A DNA stretch of 64,000 bases from Leucoraja ocellata (GCA_036785375.1 JAWMAR010000013.1:9362001-9426000), one strand, 5' to 3'. Counted from the first letter of the stretch, positions 24,766-38,822 are shown. The notes: generated from the letters alone by a model not told the origin. Numbers and translations: made by a program.

Positions 24766-26361
24766 CAATGCCCACCATAATGTTTGGGACAAAGACCTGT
24801 CATTTATTTATTTGCCTCTGCACTCCCCAATTTGAGATTTGTAATAGAAAAAAATCACACATGCTTAAAGTGCACATTGTCAGATTTTATTAAAGGCCTA
24901 TTTTTATACATTTTGGTTTCACCATGTAGAAATTACAGCCGTGTCTACACATAGTCCTCCCATTTCAGGGCACCATAATGTTTAGGACACAGCAAAGTCA
25001 TGTAAATGAAAGTGGTCATGTATATCTGTTGCAATATTTTGTTGCAAACCCTTTGCATGCAATGACTGCTTGAAGTCTGTGATTCATGTATATCACCAGT
25101 TGCTGGGTGTCTTCTCTGATGATGCTCTGCCTGGCCTGTATTGCAGCTATCTTTAGCTTATGCTTGTTTTGGGGGCTATTCCCCTTCAGTTTTCTCTTCA
25201 GCATATAAAAGTCATGCTCAATTGAGTTCAGATCAGGTGATTGACAGCCACTCAAGAATTGACAATTTTTTAGCTTTGAAAAACTCCTTTGTTGCTTTAG
25301 CAGTATGTTTGGGCTCATTGCCTTGCTGTAGAATGAACCACTGGCCAATGAGTTTTGAGGCATTTGTTTCAACTTGAGCAGATAGGATGTGTCTATACAC
25401 TTCAGAATTCATTATGCTACTACCATCAGCAGTTGTATCATCTATGAAGATAAGTGAGCCAGTAACTTCAGCAGCCATACATGCCCAGGCCATAACACCC
25501 TCACCACCGTGTTTCACAGATGAGGTGGTATGCTTTGGATCTTGAGCAGTTCCTTCTCTCCTCCATACTTTGCTCTTGCCATCACTCTGATATAAGTTAA
25601 TCTTCATCTCATCTGTTCAAGACCTTTTTTCCAGAACTGTGGTTGTTCTTTTAAGTACTTCTTGGCAAACTGTAAGCTGGCCATCCTATTTTTGCAGCTA
25701 ACCAGTGGTTTGCATGTTGCAGTGTAGCTTCTGTATTTCTGTTCATGAAGTCTTCTGCAAACAGTGGTCATTTACAAATCCACACCTGACTCCTGAAGAG
25801 TGTTTCTGATCTGTTGGACAGGTGTTTGGGGATTTTTCTTTCTTATAGAGAGAATTCTTCTATCAGCTGTGGAGGTGTTCCTTGGCCTGCCCGTCCCTTT
25901 GCGATTAGTAAGCTCACCAGTGCTCTCTTTCTTCTTAATGATGTTCCAAACAGTTGATTTTGGGTAAGCCTAAGGTTTGGCTGATACCTCTAACAGTTTC
26001 ATTCTTGTTTCTCAGTCTCATAATGGCCTCTTTGACTTTCAGTGGCACAACTTTGGTCCTCATGATAAAAGTTTGATGGAAAGACTAGGCACTCCAATTA
26101 TACACACCTGAGCAATTACAAACACCTGTGAAGCCATGTGTCCCAAACATTATGGTGCCCAGAAATGGATGGACTATGTATAAACACAGCTGTAATTTCT
26201 GAAAGGTGAAACCAAAATGTATAGAAATGGCCCTTAATAAAATCTGACAATGTGCACTTTAACCGCATGTGATTTTTATTTATTACAAATCTCAAATTGT
26301 GGAGTATAGAGGCTAATAAAAAAATGATGGGTCTTTGTCCCAAACATTATGGAGGGCACTG
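24766..26361 (-). mobile_element. Full-length Tc1/mariner DNA transposon (IR/DR type), inactive
   Basis: TA at 24764-65 and 26362-63. The ~230-bp terminal inverted repeats (CAATGCCCACCATAATGTTTGGGAC ... GTCCCAAACATTATGGAGGGCACTG) each carry two copies of a CCATAATGTTTGGGACA-type direct repeat. Length ~1.6 kb. Confidence 0.93.
25016..26063 (-). pseudogene. Tc1 DD34E transposase, frameshifted
   Basis: Starts MRTKVVPLKVKEAIMRL at 26063. Motifs seen: TDEMKINL, VWRR, SVKHGGEGVMAWACM, LQQGNEPKH (usually QDNDPKH, so the second catalytic D is lost), SPDLNSIEH and RLQAVIACKGFATKY. Split across frames. Confidence 0.9.
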
Positions 26362-26907
26362 TAACTGTCTCTCAAGAACAGAGCCTATCGTTTAAAAACA
26401 AAATAGTATGATCAATATGTTGGCCTGACAATTAGATTGATGACTTTTTGAGTTATGTTTCTCTGCTTTAGTAGTTAAAAAAAATCAGTTTTATGAAAGC
26501 TCTCATTCTCAGCTTATCAAAAGTCCTCTCTAAAGGAACCAGGTTGAATGATTTAATATTGCTGTCCTTGAAAAATACAGTCATAAGCAGGAGTTGACGA
26601 CATTTTTTTTGAGGAGAAACAAACAAGATATTTACACACTTATTTTCTTGTGAGACATAAATTATAAATGGTAATCCAATAAGTAAAATGGTGCTGTGAC
26701 ATTAATAAACAGGCAATTGTTTAACAATTATAAAACAATGCACGGAGGCCATTCAGCTAGTTGCATTTGTGTCACAATTAGATTCAATCTTTTAAATAAT
26801 ATTTCTGCCTTATCCTTACATTCTGACATTTTTATTCATGGGACCTCATTGTATAATGTGTATCTCTTTTGGTAACTTTACAGGGCATGTTTCACTGTCT
26901 GTGAAAT

Positions 26908-27172
26908 TTGTCATCACCTACCCCACAGCCAACTATGGACCATAGTGGGCCCCACCTTTCCTTGATCATCGTTCCTTTTTGCATATCTTTCATTCATTTG
27001 TTCTTTGTACCTTCTATATTTCTCGTTTCCCTTCCCCTGACTCAGTCTAAAGGAGACTCTCGACCCGAAATACCACCTATTCCCTTTTCTCCCAAGATGC
27101 TGCCTGACCTGCTGAGTGACTCCATCTTTTTGTGTCTATCTTCAGTGTAAACCAGCACCCGCAGTTCCTTCT
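26908..27172 (+). mobile_element. PLE 3' region with a degenerate hammerhead motif
   Basis: Pyrimidine-rich PLE 3' sequence followed by CAGTCTAAAGGAGACTCTCGACCCGAAATACC and the shared tail. Confidence 0.65.
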
Positions 27173-27934
27173 TGCGCAGTTTGGTGCTGTCATTTTTCTC
27201 AACTGTGTGTAATATTTCTTATCATTGGTGATGACATTGCTCTGCTGCGTGGCCAATTGTTTGTGCACATTTTTAACATTTTTCATTTGATTCGAGTGGC
27301 CATCGTGTTGGGATGGGGCTGACTATGCTTGATATCAAGCATTGTTGGAAGAATAGGCATATGACTATGTTGGTCAGCATTCCTGTTTGACAAATGAACT
27401 GCCAGATTGGAGCTCAAACCTCCAGCTAATAATACATTTTAAGTACAGGTGGAGAATGAATTGTTCAGAAGCACAAAAGACTCTCCGACTGCCCTAGATG
27501 AAGGAATCATAAACAACTTGCAGGTTCATTGCTGATCAACTCCTCTGGCCTTGCTTTCATTGAACAACTGCTTGATGTTTACTGCACTTCAAATTTTATT
27601 TACCTCAAGTGGTGTGTCAGATTTTTAAACGTTTTATTTTGACTATAAGGCTTCTGTCATAGCTTTAGCCTTCCTTGTATCAGCATATTCAATTTATCTC
27701 ATGCCAATGCACCATGAACCCCCTGAACACCAATATTCTGAAGAAGGCTCCCAACCCAAAATGACATCTATCCATATTCTCCACACCTGCTGAGTTACTG
27801 TTCTTTTGTGTAAACCAGCACCTTCAGTTTGTTGTTTCTACCATTCTTCACTGTTTTCACACCATATTTAAAATATCTTTTTTTGTATTTCCTACTCAAA
27901 TGAACGTTTTCTCACAATTTACATCACCATCTGT

Positions 27935-28226
27935 GGGTGACAATGGCACAGCAGTAGAGTTGCTGCCTTACAGAGCTAAAGACCCTGTTTTGTTCCTGAC
28001 TACGGGTGCTGTCTGTACGGAGTTTGTATGTTCTCCCTGGGACTGCGACGGTTTTCTCCGGGTGCTCCGGTTTCCTCCCACGCTCCAAAGACGTACAGGT
28101 TTAGGCTAATTGGTTTGGTATAAATGTAAAATTGTCTCTACTGTGTGTAGGATAGGGTTAATGTGCGGGGATCGGTGGTCAGCGTAGAATCGGTGGGCCG
28201 AAAAGCCTGTTTCCACACTTTATCTA
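27935..28226 (+). mobile_element. HE1-like SINE
   Basis: TGGCACAGCAGTAGAGTTGCTGCCTTACAG head, conserved GGGTGCTCCGGTTTCCTCCCAC core, GGGCCGAAAAGCCTGTTTCC tail. Confidence 0.8.
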
Positions 28227-29968
28227 AAAAAAATACGCTTCCCCTTGTTGGTTCGTTTAACTTGATTAAATCATTTTGCATCCTTCTCATGACTCAGTTT
28301 CCACCATAGTTTTTCAGTATAGCCTTGGACATACGTCGAGCGCCAATAGTGAAATCGCTCGTTCTGTTTTTCCATCAATGATGGTCGATCTATGATTCAC
28401 AGAGCCATCACCACTCTGCTATGGTGGTGTCTCAGCAGTAAAGATAATCCTCTGCATGTTCGGTTGCTGAAAACATTCTGCAAGCCCCTTTGACCACTTT
28501 GGTCCACATGAGGCTGATCTGGTCTCCCATTTAACCATCCAAATTTGGATACATACAGTGCTTCTGTTTTGTTGGTCAGTTGCAGTTTCCTGTTGGTGTT
28601 GCCAATTTCTCTTGTAAGAATGTGATAAATGTGGCAGTGACAATGTTTTTGGGTGATGTGTTATTATGTTTGAATAGTTGGCAGTGAATATAGGAGTGGA
28701 GTGTTGGTGTGAGAGTTGCAGCATTGCTGACACTATGAACAGAATAAATGGACGGAGTAGGCAACATTTTGCCATTCGTCAAGATCATGGCTGTTTTTTC
28801 ATCATGAGTGCGATTTTTGAAGCCTCATTCCCATACTTTTTGATTAACTTAATGTCATAAATTGATCCTTGTTTTGAGTAAACATAATTATGATTCTGCC
28901 CTTTGGGTTAGAGAATCCTGCTATCTTCTGAATGATTAATTTTTTTCTCATATTTCTCGAAATCAAGCACAACACATCCATTAGTTCTTCAGTATTTTGT
29001 TGTGATGTGTTAGACATGTACATTTTTGAAATGATGGAGATAATTAGATAGATGGTAAGTGGTCAGCTCTGGTATGAAATTGTTGCCTGGCTAAGGCCAA
29101 CTGAACAGCCGCATTGAACCCGATCAGAGCCTGATTTATTTTCTTCCCATGCCTGACCCAATTGATTATTGGTATGAGTGTAGCAGCCTGTTTATGTCTG
29201 GTCATGCTCGTCAGGTTGTTTTAATCTGGAAGAGGTGCTGGGCCAGGTCAGGGCACAACCTGACATGGATCGAAACATTATGTTAAAGTGTGCTCATATC
29301 TGAGCTTGACATGTGGCTGGGTCCCACTGGACTCTGCTTAGGCACCAGGCTGTAGGTGGTAGTGTGGTTTATGAAGATAATGAAACACTTGATAGCATAC
29401 TACATTTGAAATATGTTCACAAACTTTAAACTTGCAGATGAGGCAGTTGAACCTGTAACACTGTATCATGACCTCATGTTTGAACTTCTGCCATTGGGTC
29501 CCAAGACTATTTAATTGACTATCTTGTGAGTTTCTGTCTGCAGGGCCACTTGGCCCTTTGAAGAAACAACATATCTCTTCTTCACTTCCTGCACTCAGGA
29601 TTCCATTGCAGCATCAGAAATCCTATGTTGTGCCACAAGTCTTATGGTAAATGTTATTCTCCTTGAAGATAATTTCCATCACTGGCATCAGCCTTGGTTG
29701 TCTTTCACATTAAGATATATGATGGCTTTAAACAAAATGGGCTACCTTTAACTAATGAAATCAAAGAACTGCAGTTGCTGGTTTACAAAGAAAGATAAAG
29801 TACTGAAGTAACTCAGCGGGTCAGACAGCATCAACAGGCGATAAAACTCATCGCTGAGGCTATAATTGTGGAAGAGTGCTGGATACTGAAATCACTCTAA
29901 TGATCTGGCAGAATAAATTTGGTGCTGGACTGTGTTGGGTTGAATAGGCACAGGTTGGTTGAGTACTG

Positions 29969-30097
29969 TGTAGGAAAGAACTGCAATGCTGGTTTAAATC
30001 AAAGGTAGAGACAAATGCTGGAGTAACTCAGCCTGATAGGCAGCATCTCTGGAGAGAAGGAATGGGTGACGTTTCGGCTCGAGACCCTTCTTCAGAC
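29969..30097 (-). mobile_element. ~130-bp PLE-derived element with hammerhead motif and a 13-bp TSD
   Basis: TGGTTGAGTACTG at 29956-29968 and 30098-30110. The minus strand begins GTCTGAAGAAGGGTCTCGAGCCGAAACGTCACCC. Confidence 0.85.
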
Positions 30098-31714
30098 TGG
30101 TTGAGTACTGCGATCCATAATGAAAATGAATATTGGAAGAGAAAGCAACACTTCAGATTGACGACCCTTAGTCAGAACTGGGAAAGAGAGAAAAGCATGT
30201 CAAGCTGCAGGAGAATGTGGGAGGGGGATATTTAATTCTCCCACATCATTTGGTGGGCAACAGGAAGCTTAGGGTCACCCCTGCAGACAGACCCCAGGTG
30301 CTGCTTTCCAGATCTGACAAAGGCTCTTTGAACTGAGCCATTGACGCTTCACACAGATGCAGTCTGACCTGCTGACTATTTAAAATTTTCTGTTTTTATT
30401 TTAATTTATAGCTTTGGCAGTTTTTTTGATTTTCATGAAAGTAAATGTTGTGTTTCTCTAAAATGTATTTCAATAGGTTGAAAACAGGTATTTAATTCTA
30501 CGATTCACAGAGTGGTTGTGAGCCTTATAGTTTATGGCAGTTTCTGAATCCTTTGATTAAATTACAAATTTGTAACTTGCTGCTTGACATCCATTATTCT
30601 CCATAAATTTGAGCATGGTGAAGTAGCCTGTCACTGGCTAGCGAAGTTGCACTGCGAATAAAATAGTTGAACAATAGTTTTCATCATGCTCATGAAGCAA
30701 TCCTTTGCAAGATAGACACGTGCAATTGTTCAACTCTTATTGGAGTAACGTAAGAACTCTACAATTTGTTGATTCTTCTGCTGTAAACAAGGAACATGTC
30801 AATTGTAGTTTCTTTTTCGGGTCTCAATCAGTCAAAATCTGGTGATCCTGAAGTGAGCTTTGTGCAACGTATCTCTGCAATTACAAAGATTTGTCTGTTT
30901 TTTACCTCCAGTAATATTACTGGATTCCGAGTTGATCTCAGCTCATCTATTACTGAAACCCTTATACATGCCGTTGCTATCTTTTGGACATAAGGGTTAA
31001 TTTGTCGCACCATTGCCTGCTGTGCTATATGGGATGCCAGTTCAGCAATGCAATGATTTTACAATGCTTTGAATTCCCCAAATGCATGATAATGTCCTCC
31101 AGCCCTACAATCCTTGGACATCTGTGACACTTTTATTCTAACCATGAGATTTTTAAGACTGTCATTGCTGCAGCCTTGCATTCAACTGCCAGGGTCAGAA
31201 GATCAAGTAGTTCCACCCTAAATCTCTTGGCTGTCTATCTCTTATTTTACTCTAAAAAGTTGTTCAAGTTCGACTTTGACCACTGTTTTGGTCATCTGCT
31301 TTGTAAGTAGGTGGTCACGAATTTTGTTTGACAAAGTACCTGCAAGTTATCTTGGGTTGCTTGCAATTTTAAAGCAGCTTTTAAAATCCAGATTTTTGTC
31401 ATTTTGCTTGTGTTTGTGTGAGATATTGTCTGGGGAAAATATAGTATGGCTCAGTAGGTTGTCTCTCGTGCATTGGAAAAGTCCAATGCAGTTTTGATGA
31501 TTACCTTACACAATGCTCTTCGATCTGCTAGGATGGTCAGTTTCCATTTGATAGTCATTTTAATTGTCCCACGCTGACTTTCACCTCCTAAATGTTTTTA
31601 ATGTGGCCTAATGTAAGCTCAAAGAGCAATTCTTCAGAATCAGAGTAATACAATAATAAATATGTGTGCAAAACAGCAGAAAGGTGCAATGCGAAGTAGT
31701 GCAAAAAAAAATTC

Positions 31715-32960
31715 AATGGTTCAATGGTACTTTATTGTATACAAGTTGGCACCTTTCCAGTGTCATCCTGTACTCATCAAATTTAAAGTTGTTATAAACA
31801 TGGCAGCACTGCCGGGAAGGGGATGCGAAAGAGGTAATTGGTTCAGGAAACTGATAATGGGGGAGGGGGCAAAGCTGTTCTTAAGTCTGGACTTCCTACC
31901 TTTCAAGCTCCCAGAAGGTCGAGAGAAAAGGAGCAGCCAGGATGGCAGGCATCCTTGACGATACTTAGTCTTCCTGATGCAATGCACCGTGAAGATGGAT
32001 TGATGGAATAAAGTGACCAAGCCTGAGATAGACTGGGCTGTATTCTCCACCCTTTGCAGGTTTGGCTGGTCAAGAGCAAAGCAGTTGCCAAACCAGGCTG
32101 AGATGTATGCCATCAGAGTACTTTCTATAACGCACCTGAACATATTGAATCTTCTTTGATACCCCAAAGGAAGTAACACACTGATGTGCTTGAAATGTCA
32201 ATGCAAAGGGATCTGGTTAGTTTGCTGGTGATATGGATGCTTCGGATCATGAAGCTGTCAACCATCTCTATAGCAGCTCTGTTGATGAGCGCAAGGTGGT
32301 GTTCAATCAAATATTTGCCCGACGAATGTGACAGAGCCTGAATTCAACCTCCTCGCTTCCTTAGGGCAGCATCCTTTTGTCAAGACGATCCAGAGCTGAT
32401 TAGTGCTAAAGGGATAGTGCTCTCCGTAGACCTATTTTTCTTGCATGAATATTGCAGGGAACTAGATTGTCCAGAAGACCTCTCCAGATGTGGATCTTTA
32501 CCCGTCTTTCGAAGTACTTCCTTATGATTGATGTTAGAGCCACTGGGCGGTAGTCATTGAGACAGGTCACCTTATTTTACTTGGACACTAGAATGATGGA
32601 TATTTCCTTGAAGCAGACGATGAAGACTATGTAAGTGAGAGGTTGAAGATGTCAGCAAAGACTGTGGCCAATTGATTGGTGCACGGTTTCAGAACATATC
32701 GTGAAAGCAGACTTCTGCCACTTTTATGTGTGGGACAGAGCCAATGAGGGATGTGGGAAACTTTATTAACTTGTTCCAAATGGTTGGAAAAAGCATTGAG
32801 CTCATTCAGTGGATTTGTGTCATTGTCAGAGATGACTCCCGATTTTGACTGGTAGTGGTCGCTGATATTCTGGCCCTGCCACATTTAACCAGCACCTGCT
32901 TGATTGGATTGAGGCTCCTTGGGTCCTCAGACCACTGCTGCATTATTATTTCCGTTGGTC
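31715..32960 (-). mobile_element. Degenerate Rex1/Babar-type LINE
   Basis: Minus-strand fragments FRCVIESTLMAYISAWFGNC...LQRVENTAQSI, RLKNSF and VLKPCTNQLATVFADIFNLSL resemble Rex1/Babar ORF motifs. Confidence 0.7.
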
Positions 32961-33009
32961 CCTTGCTCTTAATCTTTGTAAGCCAGAAGGAGCAGCACCA
33001 CAAGATGAT

Positions 33010-33230
33010 ATGACTGTGAGTAGCGGATATATGGAACAAGCTGCCAGGGGAGGTACTTGAGCCAGGTACTATAACAACTTTTAAAAGGCATTTGGATTGG
33101 TATATGGATGGAAAAGATTTAGAGGGACATGGGCCTAACACGGGCCGGTGCAACTAGTGTAGATGGGGCATCTTGGTCGGCATGGGCAAGTTGGGCTGAA
33201 AGGCTTTTTGTGCCGTATGGCTCAATGACT
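33010..33230 (+). mobile_element. CR1 LINE 3' end
   Basis: TGGAACAAGCTGCCAGGGGAGG...GGCATGGGCAAGTTGGGCTGAAAGGC tail. Confidence 0.7.
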
Positions 33231-35869
33231 GGTTGAAATGAGGACAATCGCTATACTGAAGTTGGCTTGATTGAAGTTACTGACGATGATCATCAATGCA
33301 AGGGAGTTGAGACAGAGTACAATTCATCCTGTGCCTCCCTGATGTTGGCTTGCAGTGGTATGAAGAGCACACACAGGGTGGTAAAAGAGGTGAATTTCCT
33401 TGGTAGATAAAATATATGGCATTTTATGAACAGGTATTTCAGGTCAGGATAGTAAAATTGAGCTAAGGCAATCACAGTTCACCTCGAAGCATTGACAGCA
33501 GATAAAAACAACAACACCGCTTACCTTGCCTCAAGATTCCACACTTTCCTTACAATAAATGGAGAAACCCTCAGGTTGTATGAGGGGGTCAGGCGAGTTG
33601 GGGTGAGCTATGTTTCGTTGAAGCAAAGAACACAGCAGAGCCTGATTTCCTTTCCGCAGCCTCGCTCTAAGCTCTTCAAGCTTGTTATTGAGTATTAACT
33701 AGAAGTATGAAGGGCTAGGGGGTGCTTGGATCCCTATCGTTTCAGCTGCACCTGGAGCCTCTTCTCCACTGCCCTCTGCTCGCCAAACTCCCATGCTTCT
33801 ACAGTTTGTCAGTAAGCACAGCTGTAGTTCTGAGAGTTCTTTTGAAGTAATGATGATTGACAGGAGACTTTCTCAGTGCTGGAACAAATGGATAATAAAA
33901 AGGTTTTAACTACTTTAAGGGGAGCTTCATGTCAACTTATTTTTCTACCTGAGTACATTGCAGTGCTTGGGGCTCAATATTTCAGATAACCAGCCTTTCC
34001 AGTTTGTGACTGATCTGAGCAGTTCTGTTACAGGATCATCCATGTATAATATTACTCTGTAGGAAACTATCAGCATTCTTTTTTGTTTCAGATTAACTGT
34101 AACTGCCATGTTCTGCATCTTGTAGTTCCAACATGTTATTTTTGTGCGGATTAATCTCCAAACTAGATAATACTGTAAACAATTACTTTATCTTGGCAAT
34201 TTTGCTTTCCGCCTTATCACCCTTTGTTTCCTTTACCCCTCCCTCTGCAGTGTACAGCTGTCTTATTTTCTCAGTTTTCCAATTCAATTTGTGTGTTATT
34301 ACCCTCCTTAGGAGAGGCGCAAGCAGAAAAACACAAAGAAGGATTCTAGGATTAAAATATTTCTGAGTAAAAATAGAATATAAATCAAGTTATAATTTGA
34401 GAATTTGATTTCAATAATAATGCTTAAATTAAGAATTGTGAATATTTTCTCCCCTACTGTTTTTACAAGTGAGAAACTTATTGGAAAAAAAGTTGGGTGA
34501 TATTTTGGGGGTTTGACAATAGTAGTTGTAAAATTCGTTTTCAATTTAAGCAACTGAGGAAAAAGCCGCATTTTGAGTATTTTTTACAACAAATGTGCCA
34601 GCAAGTCTCCCGTGGTTTGATTTTGATTGTAATAAGCCTGAAGATGTGGTGTTTTACAATTGTTGGGGTGCTTTATCCATTGAGGTTTGACATCAACTAA
34701 TTTTGTGTGTGAGTCTATAAAAATAATAATGTGCAGTCTTTATATTATGTTTCTTTCATTAAAAAAAAAGATTTTCTTTGGGAATATAGTTGAGACAAAA
34801 GGATCCAAGGCAGAATATCTTCCTCTAGATTTTGTTTCTTGTATTCCGTACAAATGGGAATCAATCTTCCTTGGGGTAGAACATGGAGGTTTTGGGTGGA
34901 GGGTAGCTGTTGCAACAGGGTTGGAGATTAGCAACTGAAACTGTGTGTGAGACTTAAAATGGTCCCCATTTTAGATATGTTACATGTTTCTATTTTGAAA
35001 GCCTGTGGGAGCATTTAAAATGGAAATTGCTTATGTAAGCTTGTTCTGCCTATATTGTATTCACCTGCTCAGGGTGATGCAGTGCTTCAGCTTGGTTGAA
35101 TGTGTGGCTCACACAGGCGTGTTTCAGATTATTTAAAACAAAGTTGAAACTTCGGAACTAGTTCCACAATAAATGTTAATTGTCATATATTTTGCAATTG
35201 TTTTTTATCTCATACATTTTAAAATCTAATGGCCGTACAAGTTGCATCAGTTGGTAATAGATATTACCTATTTTGCAATTTGGAGAAATTTGATTGAATC
35301 AGCTTTCTGGGTGCTTCTGGGCAATGGAAGGGAATCCTGAGGTTGGATATTGGTTGACAGTGCAAAGCTACAGCAAGTTTTGGCTAAAGTAGAAAGAGCT
35401 GAAAATGTGATCAGCAATGCAATGTTGAAACGCTGTTATGGGTGTTTACATTCTCCAATGTGAAAGATTTTTTGATTTATGACATTCAAGTTTTGACGGA
35501 GTGTGTTTTCTTCTAGAGTGCTTGACTTCTTGTTGTCATGTATTTGACAACTTTTTTGACAACTTTTCTGTTGTGAATACAGATGTAAACACAATACTTC
35601 AGTGTTCAAACGTGTTTCCAAGATTCTTTAATTATTTTGTGATCCCTTTCCCTTTTAGTTTTACTTGGAAAAATATTTATTTGTCTAAATAATAATATTG
35701 CCATGATAAAATTAAATTCACAGTGATTTTGGTTAATTTATTTTTAAAATTTGCTATTTTAATGCTATTTCGTTCAGACCAAGAGTGTTGCCCAGTTTGT
35801 AAACATGAAGTTCATTTAATCTCTAATGTTGCATAACTATTGTTGGCAACAAACAGTGCTTTACTTTGG

Positions 35870-36072
35870 CAAAAAATAAAGTGCTGGAGGAAGTCAGCGA
35901 GTCAGATAGTATCTGTGGAAGGAAATGGAGAGACGATGTTTTGGGTCAAAGCTCTTCTTGAGATCTTCTATCAATCACCTGTCCATTCCCTCCACAGATG
36001 CAGCCTGACCTACTGAGTATTTCTAGCACTGTTTTTCCACTCAAGATTCCAGCATCAATAGTCTCTTGTGTC
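35870..36072. mobile_element. Head-to-head pair of short PLE-derived elements (old)
   Basis: GTGCTGGAGGAAGTCAGCGAGTCAGATAGTATCTGTGGAAGGAAATGGA is mirrored by TCCATTCCCTCCACAGATGCAGCCTGACCTACTGAGTATTTCTAGCAC. Confidence 0.65.
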
Positions 36073-37299
36073 TTTGCAATGATTTATTTTAGTTTTTCAT
36101 TTCTGTTCCAAAGATTTTTTTAAACTGAAAACTTTCCGAGAATCAAACATGTAAATTTTTGTGTGCTAATTTAAATGAAAAAGCAAAAAAGGCTTGATTT
36201 TGGGATGTGGATGGCAGTGAGAGAAAGAACAATTGTCTGACAGTAGTAGTGAGGAGATTGAGTGTCTATACTTAATGTTACTTTTCAAATAAAGTCACAT
36301 TTTTAAAGAAACCTAATTATTTCACCAGTTATAAATGGTTTGTGCCTATTCATTGTACCCGGGTGTCAGCAAGGGGTAAATTCAATAATCTACAGTGGAT
36401 AATCAACTTGTGCCAATTCAGTTCTACCATGTTTGTGCAATTTGCCGATTATAATAATTGTGGAATCCAATCAGTGCCGATTGTGCTGTTGATTGATTGA
36501 GCATTTCAGTGGGACACTAATTTTGAATGTTCACAGCAGCTAAAGATGGCTTTGCCAATCTCTTTTCATGGTTGGCTTGTGAGGAATAATTTGTTAATGG
36601 GTTTGAAGATACCTGTTGAGAACCAATCCTGAATTTTCAGCTTGTATTCAAATTGGGATCTATGTTTATGAGTGGAATCAGTAGGTGTGGTTTGTTGTTG
36701 TGGTGAATAAGATGCAATTTCTGCCATTAGTGCTTTCCACATGAATTTCATCAGCATGTTCAAATGCTGAGATTGTTGCAGAACGCTCTCTGACAATCTG
36801 ACCATTGGCTTCTCAGGAATTGGTGTCGATATGCCTCTTGATGGTTATTGCCAGAGCTTTCTTGAAAGCTTTATTTAATGTATAGCGCAGGTGTCATGAC
36901 AATGAATCTTGAGTTTAAGTTTTGCTTCAGCAGCCTGGAATTAGACATCCATGTGATATGGTTGAACTAAAAATGTTGCTGGCAGAAGTTCATACATGAG
37001 TTTTATGTTCAATTGGGAAAGAATGCCATTGTTGGTTCATTGAGCATTGGTGTAGTTTTCTACAAAATGTCATGTTTGTTCCTCATTAACTTGCGATACC
37101 TCCTGTATTGTGTTCTTCTCTCATCTTTGGAGAGTAAGGAAGGGGCCAACACTGCTGGATAAAACAAATTTGGTTTTCATTCTAACGATGTAGCTGTTTT
37201 AAGAACCCAATACTATGGTAGCTAAATTGCTTTTTGGGGCGATGTTGAATTTCTGAGAGAAGTTGATAAAATTCTGAGTGGCACTGGAATAGACTTGAT

Positions 37300-37615
37300 T
37301 GTCTTAATGTGAAGGTGGAAATTTAAAATACTGGAGGGCATAGCTCTAAGGTCAGAGTGTCAAAAGAAGAGATATTCGTTAGAAGAGATATTCAGGGCAA
37401 ATTTCTTATACAGAGCATGGTTGGTGCCTGCAATGTGCTGCCAGGTGTGGTGGTGGACGTAGATTCAAGTGTGGCATTTAGATGGACATATGATCATGCA
37501 GGAAATGGAGGAATATGGAGCACGTTTGGCAGAAGGGATTAGGTTAAATCAGTGTCATGTTCGACGCAGATACTCTTGGTTGAAGGACCTGTTCCTACAC
37601 TACTGTTCTGTGTTC
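37300..37615 (+). mobile_element. Degenerate CR1 LINE 3' end
   Basis: GAGGGCATAGCTCTAAGGT...TGCAATGTGCTGCCAGG...GAAGGACCTGTTCC. Confidence 0.6.
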
Positions 37616-38149
37616 TTCATCCAATGTCACACATTTGATTAAAAATAGCTTTCTTGATTTTTATAAACCTGCACTGCTGGAGCATGTTGCTGCCTGTAAG
37701 GGACTTGTTAATGTAAATCCATAGTCACCTGTGCGTTTAGTGATAATTATGTTTTTCTTTATGCCTCAGCTCCTTTTGTCTAAGGTTGCATATCCAAGTG
37801 TGCATAAATTATTTGTTGTATTTGAATATTGGGGTAATTTTGGTTTAAATTGCCTAACATCTGTTTACTGGGCTCCATTTCCAATTCAATAGCAAACAAT
37901 TCTGAACAGAGTAATTGGGGTTGACACAGCCTTGCTTGAACCTTTATAAGTAAGCAACATGGTGCTGCTAAGCTGAATCCCTTTAAGGGAATTACTTTGT
38001 GACTGCATTTGGTGTTGGTAGGCGTGCTACCAATTAACCTCTTCTGGGATATTGCAAGATTTCAGCTGCTGTGCTTTTGGCGTAGAAGAGGGAATGTAGG
38101 AAGCAAAGCTTTCTACAAAAGATCATCCACACATAAGTAGTGAGAGCAG

Positions 38150-38822
38150 ATAACACTGTTGAGGTTCCATAAAGGAGGCCCAAGACGAGTATGGTGACCG
38201 GCCTCAATGACTTCCATCCAGTGGCACTAATGTCCGTGCTGATGAAGTGTTTTGAAAGGTTGGTTATGGCGCATATCAATTCCTACCTGAGCAAGAACCT
38301 GGGCCCACTACAATATGCTGACAGCCACAATAGATCAACGGGGATGTGATCCCGCTTACTCGCCACTCTGCCCTGGACCACTTGGATATTAAAAACGCAT
38401 ATGTCAGTCAGGCTGTGTATCGACTTTAGCTCGGAGTTCAATATCATCATCTCCTCCAAGGTTATCAAGCTCGGGGATCTGGGTCTCTGTGCATCCCTAT
38501 GCATCTGGATCGACGACTTCCTCATCAACAAGACCACAATCAGCAAAAACCTCGATAAACATTAGCTCGCCCTCTGCTCCTCGATAAACATCAGCTCACC
38601 CTCTGCTCTGCTCACTTTTTACCCATGATTGTGCATCCAGATGCAGTTCCATCTCCATCATTAAATCCATCGACGATGCTCCCATTGTAGGATTAATTAC
38701 TGGTAATGATGGGAGTATAGGAGGGCGATCGATCGTCTGATTAAATGGTGCGAGAACAACAACTTCCTCTCAACAACGGCAAGACCAAGGAGCTGATTGT
38801 TAACTTTAGAAAAGGGAAGCTG
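38150..38822 (+). mobile_element. Rex1/Babar-type LINE reverse-transcriptase fragment
   Basis: Plus strand reads NDFHPVALMSVLMKCFERLVMAHIN...GPLQYA, DFSSEFNII and IKSIDDA (the ADD motif is degenerate). A 29-bp tandem duplication lies at 38550-38607. Confidence 0.7.
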
